A stretch of 64,000 bases of DNA, from the NCBI GenBank assembly GCA_009777935.1, contig WRKU01000003.1, positions 16,554 to 80,553 of the forward strand. Direction: 5' to 3'. The translations under genes were made by a program, and so were the position numbers. How positions within the stretch are numbered: the first letter of the stretch is position 1; each line of letters begins with the position of its first letter. Below, in pieces: positions 52,957 through 61,934 of this stretch. Origin of the DNA: Coriobacteriia bacterium. Lineage in GTDB: Bacteria; Actinomycetota; Coriobacteriia; WRKU01. The notes beneath the pieces are model-generated. The model did no database searches. It was not told the origin of the DNA and saw only the letters and a program-made list of their open reading frames with translations.

Positions 52957-54404
52957 TGTCACGTGAATACATGACGACGCGCGATATCGTCGGGCCACTC
53001 ATGCTCGTTGAGGCCGTCGAGGGAGTCACGTACGACGAGCTCGTTGAGCTGGAGTTTCCCGGGGGCGAACGGTCGCTGGGTAACGTGCTTGAGGTCAGCG
53101 GTGATACTGCGCTCGTGCAGGCGTTTGCCGGCACAACCGGTGCAAATCCCGAGGGCGCGAAGGTTAAGTTTCTCGGCCACGGGCTTGAGCTGGGAGTCTC
53201 ACGCGATATGCTGGGGCGCGTCTTCGACGGTTTGGGTCGCCCGCGCGACGGCGGGCCGGAAATTCTGCCCGAGAAACACGTACCTATCTACGGCGCGGCT
53301 ATTAACCCGGTTTCGCGCGACTTCCCTGATGACTTTGTGCAGACCGGTATCAGCTCGATAGACGGGCTTAACCCGCTCGTGCGCGGCCAGAAGCTGCCGA
53401 TATTTTCGGGGAGCGGTTTGCCGCACAACCAGCTTGCTGCTCAGATTGCGCGCCAGGCCTCGGTTATTGCGCGAAGCGATGACCCGACGAAGGTGGGCGA
53501 GAAGCTCGAAGGCGAGTTCGCAGTGGTCTTCGCCGCGATGGGTATTACCTTTGAGGACGCAAGCTACTTCATGGAGGAGTTTCGCTCCACCGGCGCCATC
53601 GAGCGCGCGGTGCTGTTCCTCAACCTCGCCGATGATCCGGCGACCGAGCGTATCGCTACGCCTCGTATGGCGCTGACGGCCGCCGAATATCTTGCGTTCG
53701 ACCTCGGCTTACATGTGCTCGTCATCTACACCGACATGACCTACTACTGCGAGGCATTGCGTGAGATTAGCGCAGCGCGCCGCGAAGTGCCGGGACGTCG
53801 TGGTTTCCCGGGCTATCTCTACACCGACTTAGCGATGATGTACGAGCGCGCCGGACGCATCAAGGGGCGGCCCGGCTCGATTACGCAGGTGCCGATCCTC
53901 TCGATGCCTGACGATGACAAGACCCACCCGATTCCTGACTTGACCGGTTACGTGACCGAGGGGCAGCTTATCCTGGACCGCTCGCTCAACCGCCAAGGCG
54001 TCTACCCGCCGATGAACGTGCTGCCATCACTTTCGCGTCTCAAACAAAAGGGTATCGGCGCGGGCAAGACGCGCGAGGATCACGCCGATCTGTCCGACCA
54101 GCTCTTCGGCAGCTACGCACGTGGCGTGCAGGCCAAGGAGCTTGCCGTCATCTTGGGCGAAAGTGCGCTCTCCGACGTCGATAGGGCGTACGTGGCGTTC
54201 GCCGACGCATTTGAAAAACGCTTTATTGCGCAGGATCCACACGAGGAGCGTAGTTTGACCGAGACACTCGATTTAGGCTGGGAGATCGCGGCGCTGCTGC
54301 CCCGAGAGGAGCTCAAGCGCATCAGGGACGAGTACGTCGAGCGGTATTTGCCGAGGGACGACACGGCGGATGGCGCCGCTGGCGCGAAAGGTGCGGCAGC
54401 GTAA
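52956..54404 (+). CDS. ntpB: V-type ATPase subunit B
   Basis: ATG 52956 overlaps the ntpA stop (TAATG). [19 protein letters not shown]..., [30 protein letters not shown]. Confidence 0.95.
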   Translation: MSREYMTTRDIVGPLMLVEAVEGVTYDELVELEFPGGERSLGNVLEVSGDTALVQAFAGTTGANPEGAKVKFLGHGLELGVSRDMLGRVFDGLGRPRDGGPEILPEKHVPIYGAAINPVSRDFPDDFVQTGISSIDGLNPLVRGQKLPIFSGSGLPHNQLAAQIARQASVIARSDDPTKVGEKLEGEFAVVFAAMGITFEDASYFMEEFRSTGAIERAVLFLNLADDPATERIATPRMALTAAEYLAFDLGLHVLVIYTDMTYYCEALREISAARREVPGRRGFPGYLYTDLAMMYERAGRIKGRPGSITQVPILSMPDDDKTHPIPDLTGYVTEGQLILDRSLNRQGVYPPMNVLPSLSRLKQKGIGAGKTREDHADLSDQLFGSYARGVQAKELAVILGESALSDVDRAYVAFADAFEKRFIAQDPHEERSLTETLDLGWEIAALLPREELKRIRDEYVERYLPRDDTADGAAGAKGAAA

Positions 54405-54405
54405 G

Positions 54406-55050
54406 ATGGCTGCCTCGCTGCGCAACGTCAGTGCGAACCGGATGACGCTGCTTAAGCTGCGTCAGCGGCTCGACATGTCGACGCGCGGCCATAAGCTGCT
54501 TAAAGATAAGCTCGATGAGCTGATGCGCGTCTTCCTGGAGCGTGTACACGAGAATCGTGAACTGCGCACTAAGGTCGAACGGCATCTGCGTGGTGGCTAT
54601 GCGCTGATGGCGCTGGCATATGCGCAGGCCGGCGAGGAAGCGCTCGATGAGGCACTCGTTGCTGGTGAGGCCGGCGAACTTGTCGAGGTAACGATGCAGA
54701 ACGTGATGAGCGTACGCGTGCCAAATATTAACGTGGACGACATCCCCGCACCGGCGCACTACAGCTACGCGTTGACGCCGGCCGTGCTCGACGGTGCGCT
54801 TGGCAATTTTACCGAGACGTTTCCCCTCATGCTGGAGCTCGCAGGGCGCGAGAAGGCCATCGAACTTCTTGCGGCAAAGATTGAGGCGACGCGTCGGCGT
54901 GTTAACGCACTCGAGCACGTGCTTATTCCGCAGCTTGAGGAGGCCGTTCGCTCGATCCGTATGAAGATCGAAGAGAATGAGCGCAGCGAGCGTACGCGAC
55001 TCGTCAAAGTCAAAGATTTACTGGCAGCGAGCGAGCCTACATCTCGTTAG
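54406..55050 (+). CDS. ntpD: V-type ATPase subunit D
   Basis: ATG 54406: ...VSANRMTLLKLRQRLDMSTRGHKLLKDKLDELM... and a C-terminal LEHVLIPQLEEAVRSIRMKIEENER. The coiled-coil rotor subunit pattern. Confidence 0.9.
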   Translation: MAASLRNVSANRMTLLKLRQRLDMSTRGHKLLKDKLDELMRVFLERVHENRELRTKVERHLRGGYALMALAYAQAGEEALDEALVAGEAGELVEVTMQNVMSVRVPNINVDDIPAPAHYSYALTPAVLDGALGNFTETFPLMLELAGREKAIELLAAKIEATRRRVNALEHVLIPQLEEAVRSIRMKIEENERSERTRLVKVKDLLAASEPTSR

Positions 55051-55773
55051 ATAATCGTGGGCGCGGTGCTCGACGGAGTCATCGAGAGGGGAGAGCGCGA
55101 TTGAGCTGCTATACTTCCGCTGAAGCGCGCTGCGGATAACGAAGTCGGCGAGAAGAGGGTTTTTAGGAAAGAGGGGGCCGTGCAGATACGTGCCGATGAC
55201 GTTGCGGTATAAAACTCCCTCGCCTCCGTCTTCGCCGTTATTGCCGTATCCTTGCGTAACGACACCAAGAGGAGTATGCGCCGGGCCGAGGTAGGTTCTG
55301 CCAGCGTGGTTTTCGAAGCCGACCACCGAGGTTGCAGATGAGGGAGCGCTCACGAGCTGCTGATGCTGACATCGCATAACAACATTGCCGATAAGACGCC
55401 TTTCCCCGGCAATGGTATAGCTGTCGATTATCGAAAGCCCCGCAATCGTCTCGCCTGCTTGCTGATATGAGTGGCCCAACAGCTGGTATCCGCCACAGAC
55501 CGCGACGAGCACGCCGTCGCTTTCGACGTAGGATTGGATAGCGTCGCGGTGCCCTTGGAGGTGCTCGCTGACGATGCATTGTTCACGGTCGGAGCCGCCA
55601 CCCAGAAAGAGAATGTCGGTTTCGTCTAACGGCAGCTCGTCGCCGAGCCGGTATTCGTGTACGGTTGCCTCGATACCACGCCACGAGCATCGTTTCTGCA
55701 GGCAGGTAATGTTGCCACGATCGCCGTAGAGGTTCAGTAAATCAGGATAGAGGTGTGCGATACGGATATTCAT
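55018..55773 (-). CDS. gatD: lipid II isoglutaminyl synthase, glutaminase subunit GatD (CobQ-like GATase)
   Basis: MNIRIAHLYPDLLNLYGDRGN..., catalytic Cys context VAVCGGYQLLG, YLHGP. Overlaps murT (ATGA-type overlap 55770-55773). Confidence 0.85.
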   Translation of the reverse strand: MNIRIAHLYPDLLNLYGDRGNITCLQKRCSWRGIEATVHEYRLGDELPLDETDILFLGGGSDREQCIVSEHLQGHRDAIQSYVESDGVLVAVCGGYQLLGHSYQQAGETIAGLSIIDSYTIAGERRLIGNVVMRCQHQQLVSAPSSATSVVGFENHAGRTYLGPAHTPLGVVTQGYGNNGEDGGEGVLYRNVIGTYLHGPLFPKNPLLADFVIRSALQRKYSSSIALSPLDDSVEHRAHDYLTRCRLARCQ

Positions 55774-57245
55774 GCACGCCTCCGTCTTGGAGTTGCGTCG
55801 GCACGCGCCGCCGACCCTGCTGCCTGCAAGTCAAGCAGAACGCGCTGGGTCTCGAAAAGTGGCGTATAGTTGACGAGCACATACAGCACCTCGCCTCGGG
55901 AAGCCCCGCTTTTACCGGTGACCTCACCTTCGCCTCGTAGCAGCACCTCAATGACGCGCCGCACATCCTTCTCAAAGAGTACGGTATCGGGTGTAATTTC
56001 GGCGTACTTCATGCGAAGCGCAACATCTTCTGCGCGGATGCCGCTCGCCACAAAGCGTGCAAAACCCGCATCTGCCTCGGCCATCTGCTCGAAGTCAACG
56101 TCCCAGATCCACGAGATGTCGGTGCCGTCTTGATCGTTGTCGTTGACGACAACAACGACATTTTTTTGCCGCGTGTCGGCGCGCATGGCAGCTATCGTTT
56201 GGTTAAAGCCGGTGGGGTTTTTCGAGAGGTTGAGCACGGCCGGCATACCATCGATGACGAACTCCTCCATACGGCCAATCTGTGGCGCATACGAGGCGAG
56301 GACGGCATCGATGTCGTCCAAATTAATCTCTAGGAGCGTAGCGACGGTAAGCGCGGCCAGCACGTTGTAGACGTTATAGAACCCTCGATACGCTGTCTGG
56401 ACAGGGAGATCGTTCATCGAAAACGCAAGGTGAGGGTCGAGCCTTACCTCGCGGGCAGCAAAGTCCAAGGTCGGCCTACGAAAGTTGCAACCCTCACAGA
56501 AGTAGTCGCCGAGCTGGCTATAATGATAGTACCGATACTGTAGCTCGTGATGGCAGAATACACAGAACCGTCCCTCGCGTGCCTCCGTTTGCACGGCATC
56601 GCTCTCATCGGATATGCTCTCACCACCCGTTGGTACAGGCACCTCCTCGCTGACTCCGAAAAAGGTACGTACACGTGGGGGAGTCCGGCACAGACTTGCA
56701 CACAGGGGGTCATCGCCGTTGAGCACCAGCATGGCACCCGGAACCTTTTTGAGAGCCCGTACCAACAGCTCTCTCGTGATGTCGATCTCGCCGTAACGGT
56801 CAAGCTGGTCTCGAAAGAGGTTGGTGACGATTACGATATCCGGCTCGATGTGGGGGAGCACGTGCACCCCGAAGGCTTCGTCGACCTCAAGACAGGCGAT
56901 ATCGGCCTCAACTCTGCCGGTACGTGTACAGCATTCGAGATATGCGGTGATAACACCGGCAATCATGTTCGAGCCAATCTCGTTGCAGATGACGCGCATG
57001 CCCTGAGCCCTCAGCAGGGCGGCGAGCAGGTTGTTCGTCGTTGTCTTGCCGTTGGTGCCGCAGACCGCCACTGTTTTGCCGTCCATGCGCCGTGCCAACT
57101 CCGGCAAAATGGCAGGATATATCCATCGTGCTACCACGCCTGGGGCCGACGAGCCTTTACTTCCGGTGAGCCGGCATGCGTGAGCACAGAGTTTGCTCGC
57201 CCACACTGCCATCAGAAATCGCACCTGCTTCATTGTGCGCAACAC
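55770..57245 (-). CDS. murT: lipid II isoglutaminyl synthase, Mur-ligase-like subunit MurT
   Basis: VAVCGTNGKTTTNNL P-loop, a Mur-ligase central domain, a CxxC...CxxC zinc ribbon (FCVFCHHEL...FCEGCNF), and a C-terminal DUF1727-like region. Paired with gatD. Confidence 0.85.
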   Translation of the reverse strand: MLRTMKQVRFLMAVWASKLCAHACRLTGSKGSSAPGVVARWIYPAILPELARRMDGKTVAVCGTNGKTTTNNLLAALLRAQGMRVICNEIGSNMIAGVITAYLECCTRTGRVEADIACLEVDEAFGVHVLPHIEPDIVIVTNLFRDQLDRYGEIDITRELLVRALKKVPGAMLVLNGDDPLCASLCRTPPRVRTFFGVSEEVPVPTGGESISDESDAVQTEAREGRFCVFCHHELQYRYYHYSQLGDYFCEGCNFRRPTLDFAAREVRLDPHLAFSMNDLPVQTAYRGFYNVYNVLAALTVATLLEINLDDIDAVLASYAPQIGRMEEFVIDGMPAVLNLSKNPTGFNQTIAAMRADTRQKNVVVVVNDNDQDGTDISWIWDVDFEQMAEADAGFARFVASGIRAEDVALRMKYAEITPDTVLFEKDVRRVIEVLLRGEGEVTGKSGASRGEVLYVLVNYTPLFETQRVLLDLQAAGSAARADATPRRRRA

Positions 57246-57251
57246 CCGTCG

Positions 57252-58037
57252 CTATCGGCTCAGAGGGCGTATCGGTACGTCGCGGTCTAGCAGATAGTTC
57301 TTAAGTTCGTCCACGGTATAGTTGCGTTCCATACGAGGCGAGTAGAGCATACTGCTGATGATGGCCGCTTGCGCCTCGGTCTCGGTAAAGAGTTCCGCGA
57401 GATGCTCCGGCTTGCCCGCACCACCCGAAGCAATCAAGGGAACCGATACGGCCGCTTCGGCCAGACGCATGAGCGATAGATCGTAGCCGGACAGCGTGCC
57501 GTCTCGGTCGATACTGTTCAAGCATATCTCGCCCGCGCCAAGCTCCTGCCCACGTCGTATCCACTCAATGCCGTCTATACCGGTCGCCTGGCGCGCACCG
57601 TCGATGTAGACCTGATAGCCGTTCGGCATGCTGTCGTCGCGCTTGACTTGCGTGGACAACACGACGCACTGTGAGCCGAATGCGCGTGCTGCTTCGGCGA
57701 TAATCTGCGGATTGCGCACTGCCATCGAGTCGACGGAAATCTTTTCAGCACCGGCCTTCAGTGCTTCGTACATGTCGTTGAGATTCCCGATACCGCCGCC
57801 CACGGTGAAGGGGACGAACACGCACTCGGCTACGCGACGTACGGTCTCGATGTCGATGGCGCGTTTCTCAGAGCTCGCGGTGATGTCGTAGAAAATCAGC
57901 TCGTCGATGTGTGCGTTGTACATTGCACACGCAAGCTCTTCCGCAGAACCCACGTGAATGTTGTCCTGAAACTTCACGGCCTTGGTGACCATACCGTCGA
58001 TAACATCGAAGCACGCGATGAGCCGTTTGGTCAGCAT
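57252..58037 (-). CDS. hisF: imidazole glycerol phosphate synthase cyclase subunit HisF (or HisF-like)
   Basis: [23 protein letters not shown]..., DELIFYDITAS, PFTVGGGI, CVVLSTQVKR, GAGEICLNSIDRDGT, PLIASGGAG. This is the (beta/alpha)8 HisF pattern. Confidence 0.85.
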   Translation of the reverse strand: MLTKRLIACFDVIDGMVTKAVKFQDNIHVGSAEELACAMYNAHIDELIFYDITASSEKRAIDIETVRRVAECVFVPFTVGGGIGNLNDMYEALKAGAEKISVDSMAVRNPQIIAEAARAFGSQCVVLSTQVKRDDSMPNGYQVYIDGARQATGIDGIEWIRRGQELGAGEICLNSIDRDGTLSGYDLSLMRLAEAAVSVPLIASGGAGKPEHLAELFTETEAQAAIISSMLYSPRMERNYTVDELKNYLLDRDVPIRPLSR

Positions 58038-58687
58038 GGCGTTTCCTCTTTTGTCAGACTAAGAAAGCGGTCGAGTAGCGCAAGGCCGGCCTCACCGCTT
58101 TTTTCGAGGTGAAACTGTGTCGCGAATATGTTGTCGCGGCACACGGCGGCGGTAAACGGGTCGCCGTACTCGGCGATGCCCCAGATGTCGGACTTGTCGA
58201 CCGGCCGGGCAAAGTAGGAGTTTACGAAGTAGAAGAAGTCACGTGCCGAGTCACCTCTTGCGTTGCCTGACGCATCGTCCGTCACGTTGTCCAGCACGCC
58301 TTCCTTAACGAAACGTACCTCGTTCCAGCCCATCTGTGGCACGCGCACCTGTGATGCGTCGAACTTGACGACCTGCCCCTTAAGCCACCCAAGGCAGTCA
58401 GCGTCGTCTTCTTCGCTGTGCTGAAAAAGAATCTGCATGCCGACGCAGATGCCCAAGAAGAATACGTCACGATGTAGTACCGCGTCCTCAAGTGCGGTGA
58501 TGAGCCCCTGTTCACGCAGCGAATCCATCGTTGCCTGTGCGCTCCCCACGCCGGGCAGAATAATGTGGGTGGCGTCGGCTAAGTCTTGCGGGTGGCTTGC
58601 AAACTCTGCCGCATATCCGAGGCGGTTCGTCGCGTGGAGCACGCTCGGCGCGTTGCCGGCCTTATAGTCGATAATCTTTATTGCCAT
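58031..58687 (-). CDS. hisH: imidazole glycerol phosphate synthase glutaminase subunit HisH (or HisH-like)
   Basis: [14 protein letters not shown]..., [16 protein letters not shown] (catalytic Cys), [16 protein letters not shown]. Confidence 0.85.
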   Translation of the reverse strand: MAIKIIDYKAGNAPSVLHATNRLGYAAEFASHPQDLADATHIILPGVGSAQATMDSLREQGLITALEDAVLHRDVFFLGICVGMQILFQHSEEDDADCLGWLKGQVVKFDASQVRVPQMGWNEVRFVKEGVLDNVTDDASGNARGDSARDFFYFVNSYFARPVDKSDIWGIAEYGDPFTAAVCRDNIFATQFHLEKSGEAGLALLDRFLSLTKEETPC

Positions 58688-60357
58688 CGTGATCTCTCCT
58701 GCAACCTCTCACGCATTCCCTCAATCGCAGCTTGCACCAGCTCTCGAAAGAGAGGGTGGGGTCGGTTAGGGCGGCTCTTAAACTCGGGGTGGAACTGCAC
58801 ACCGACGAAGAACCGATTTCCGGGTACCTCAATCGCCTCGACGAGGCTGTCGTCTGGCGATACGCCACCGATGACAAGCCCGGCCTCTACGAGACGTTCT
58901 CGATACTCGTTATTGAACTCGAACCGATGACGATGCCGCTCGTAGATGCACGTTACCTCTTGCAGGCACGGCTCCTGGCCATAAGCTTGCTCTAACAATG
59001 ACTCGGCCGCCACTACACATGGGTAGGCACCGAGGCGCATCGTGCCGCCGCTGCCCACCATGCCGACTTGGCCGGGCATATAGTCGATAACGCAGTGGGG
59101 AGCCTGTTCGTCAAACTCGCTTGAATGTGCGCCGATAAGGCCGCCCACGTGACGTGCAAACTCGATGACCGCAACCTGCATGCCGAGGCAAATACCCAGA
59201 AATGGCACGTCGTTTTCACGCGCATAGCGACATGCGATAATCTTGCCCTCGACGCCGCGTTCGCCAAACCCTCCCGGGATAACTACGCCGTCAACGTCAC
59301 CCAGCAGGCGTGCGACAGATTCGTCGGTCACATCCTCGCTGTCCACCCAGCGAATATCGACTCTCGTGCCGGTCGCAAAGCCCGCATGATTCAGGCTCTC
59401 GATAATGGACAGATAGGCATCGTTGAGCTGAACGTATTTCCCAACGACTGCGATCGTGACCTGCGTCGTACGCGCTTCGATAGCCTGCATCATCGCACGC
59501 CACTCGTCCAAATCCGGTGCAGGAACATCAAGCCCCAGCTCACGACAGACGATATCGTCTAGTCCGTTATCGTGCAACATGAGCGGTGCCTCGTACAGAG
59601 ACGCAACGCTTGTATTTTCGATGACGCAATCGACATCAACATTGCAGGAACGCGCGATCTTGTCTCTGAGACCGTTCTTCAGAGGCTCGTCGGTACGCGC
59701 TACGATGATATGCGGAGCAATACCGGCCGAGCGCAGTTCGCTGACCGAGTGCTGGGTAGGCTTCGATTTTTGCTCTGCTGCAGATTTGAGGTAGGGAACG
59801 AGCGTCACATGGACGAAGAGACAGTTCCCGCGTCCTGCTTCAAGCGATATTTGACGGATAGCTTCGAGGAATGGCTGTATCTCGATGTCGCCTGCGGTCC
59901 CGCCAATCTCGGTGATAATAACATCGGCGTTGCTCTCGGCAGCCCTTGCATAGATGAAGTTTTTAATCTCGTCGGTGATGTGAGGGATGACCTGCACCGT
60001 ACCGCCTTCGTAGCCACCGGCACGCTCACGGTTGAGTACGTTCCAGTACACCTTTCCTGAGGTAAGATTGCTGAGTTTCGTTAGGTCCTCGTCGATAAAA
60101 CGTTCGTAATGGCCCAGATCGAGGTCGGTCTCGGCGCCATCATCGGTGACGAATACCTCGCCGTGCTGAAGCGGGCTCATCGTGCCAGGGTCGATGTTCA
60201 TATAGGGGTCGAGTTTTTGAGCCGCGACCTTGAGGCCGCGTTGTTTGAGCAGTCTGCCCAATGAGGCCGCCGTAATCCCTTTACCCAGCCCTGAAACAAC
60301 GCCTCCCGTTATGAAGATGTACTTGGTCGGGGTACTCACGTCGGCACCTACTCCCAC
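58678..60357 (-). CDS. pyrG: CTP synthase
   Basis: [50 protein letters not shown]. Confidence 0.95.
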   Translation of the reverse strand: MGVGADVSTPTKYIFITGGVVSGLGKGITAASLGRLLKQRGLKVAAQKLDPYMNIDPGTMSPLQHGEVFVTDDGAETDLDLGHYERFIDEDLTKLSNLTSGKVYWNVLNRERAGGYEGGTVQVIPHITDEIKNFIYARAAESNADVIITEIGGTAGDIEIQPFLEAIRQISLEAGRGNCLFVHVTLVPYLKSAAEQKSKPTQHSVSELRSAGIAPHIIVARTDEPLKNGLRDKIARSCNVDVDCVIENTSVASLYEAPLMLHDNGLDDIVCRELGLDVPAPDLDEWRAMMQAIEARTTQVTIAVVGKYVQLNDAYLSIIESLNHAGFATGTRVDIRWVDSEDVTDESVARLLGDVDGVVIPGGFGERGVEGKIIACRYARENDVPFLGICLGMQVAVIEFARHVGGLIGAHSSEFDEQAPHCVIDYMPGQVGMVGSGGTMRLGAYPCVVAAESLLEQAYGQEPCLQEVTCIYERHRHRFEFNNEYRERLVEAGLVIGGVSPDDSLVEAIEVPGNRFFVGVQFHPEFKSRPNRPHPLFRELVQAAIEGMRERLQERSRWQ

Positions 60358-61934
60358 TCCACCGTCGCCGGGGGCTTTGACGTGATGTCGTACACGACGC
60401 GGCTTATTGCAGGAACCTCGCCGGTGATGCGCGAGGATATGCGACGCAGCACGTCATGCGGAAGCTCAGCATATTCGCAGGTCATGAAGTCATCGGTCGT
60501 TACTGCACGGATGGCAACCACCTTATCGTAGGTGCGGTCGCTGCCCTTCACTCCGGTCGAGCAGGTGTCGGTCAACACAACGAAGTACTGATCCGGCTTT
60601 AAGGTGGAGAGGTTTGCTGCACCGCCAGAAGCCGTGTCGGTACCAGCAATGCCGTCCAACTCCTCACGCAGGATGGCATCGGCGGCGCGTAAGATGTCCA
60701 ACTTCTCGGCCGTCACCTCTCCCATGATGCGCACGGCGAGCCCCGGCCCGGGGAAGGGCTGGCGGTGTATCAGCGACGGAGGCAAGCCAAGCTTTTCCCC
60801 CAGCGTACGCACTTCGTTCTTGAACAGTCCGGCGAGCGGTTCAACGATACCGGTAAAGGCCAGCTTCTCAGGAAGTCCACCCACGTTGTGGTGGCTCTTA
60901 ATCGTCGCACTCTCGTCCGAACAGCTCGACTCGATGACATCGGAATATATCGTCCCTTGTGCCAAAAAGGGAATGTCACCGAGCTTGCGTGCCTCCCCTT
61001 CAAGGACGCGGATAAACTCTTCACCGATGCGCATACGCTTCGTCTCGGGGTCGGTCACGCCTTTGAGCCGCGCGAGAAAGCGTTCTTCGGCGTTAACGCG
61101 GATAAAGCGCACATCTCGTTGCGAAAACACCTCTTCAATCTCGTCTCCTTCGTGTTGACGCATGAGGCCATGGTCGATAAAGATGCAGGTGAGCTGGTCC
61201 GGCACGGCCTTTGAGAGCAGACTTGCGCATACCGAAGAGTCGACTCCGCCGGAAAGCGCGAGGAGTACCTGCTCGCTGCCAACTTGACGGCGTATCTGCT
61301 CGATTTGCTCGTCGATAACATCGTCGAGGCGGTAATCACCCGATGCACCGCATATGTTGTAGAGGAAGTTGCGGATAATCTCTTGCCCGTGTACTGTGTG
61401 TTTCGTTTCGGGATGAAACTGCACGCCGTAGAGGTTGCGCGTCGCGTCCTCGCACGCCGCGATGCAGGTCGGGCTTTTTGCTGTCACACGAAAACCCTCT
61501 GGCAGACGTGCGACCATATCACGATGGCTCATCATGACGACAGACGGCTCCTGCACTTCGTCGAGCAACCGTGAAGCATTGCCCTCAGACGCCTCGGGCG
61601 TCATCGTGATGCGTCCGAACTCGCCGACCGGTGCCGCAACGACCTCACCGCCCAACATGTGGCATATCATCTGCATGCCGTAGCAGATACCCAGAACCGG
61701 AATACCGAGCGCGAACACGGCAGGGTCACACAGCGGAGCCTGCGAATCATAGACGCTGCCCGGCCCGCCCGACAAAATGATGCCGATGGGGTTGAGCCGC
61801 TTAATCTCGTCGGCCGACAGCGCACCCGCGTGTATCTCGGCGTAGACGGACAGCCCTCTAACGGCATGAGCGATAAGCTCCTTATATTGGCAGCCAAAAT
61901 CGAGCACTAACACCAGCTCATTTCTCTTGCTCAT
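60348..61934 (-). CDS. guaA: GMP synthase (glutamine-hydrolysing)
   Basis: [38 protein letters not shown]-loop and a C-terminal ...PPATVEWE. Confidence 0.95.
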   Translation of the reverse strand: MSKRNELVLVLDFGCQYKELIAHAVRGLSVYAEIHAGALSADEIKRLNPIGIILSGGPGSVYDSQAPLCDPAVFALGIPVLGICYGMQMICHMLGGEVVAAPVGEFGRITMTPEASEGNASRLLDEVQEPSVVMMSHRDMVARLPEGFRVTAKSPTCIAACEDATRNLYGVQFHPETKHTVHGQEIIRNFLYNICGASGDYRLDDVIDEQIEQIRRQVGSEQVLLALSGGVDSSVCASLLSKAVPDQLTCIFIDHGLMRQHEGDEIEEVFSQRDVRFIRVNAEERFLARLKGVTDPETKRMRIGEEFIRVLEGEARKLGDIPFLAQGTIYSDVIESSCSDESATIKSHHNVGGLPEKLAFTGIVEPLAGLFKNEVRTLGEKLGLPPSLIHRQPFPGPGLAVRIMGEVTAEKLDILRAADAILREELDGIAGTDTASGGAANLSTLKPDQYFVVLTDTCSTGVKGSDRTYDKVVAIRAVTTDDFMTCEYAELPHDVLRRISSRITGEVPAISRVVYDITSKPPATVEWE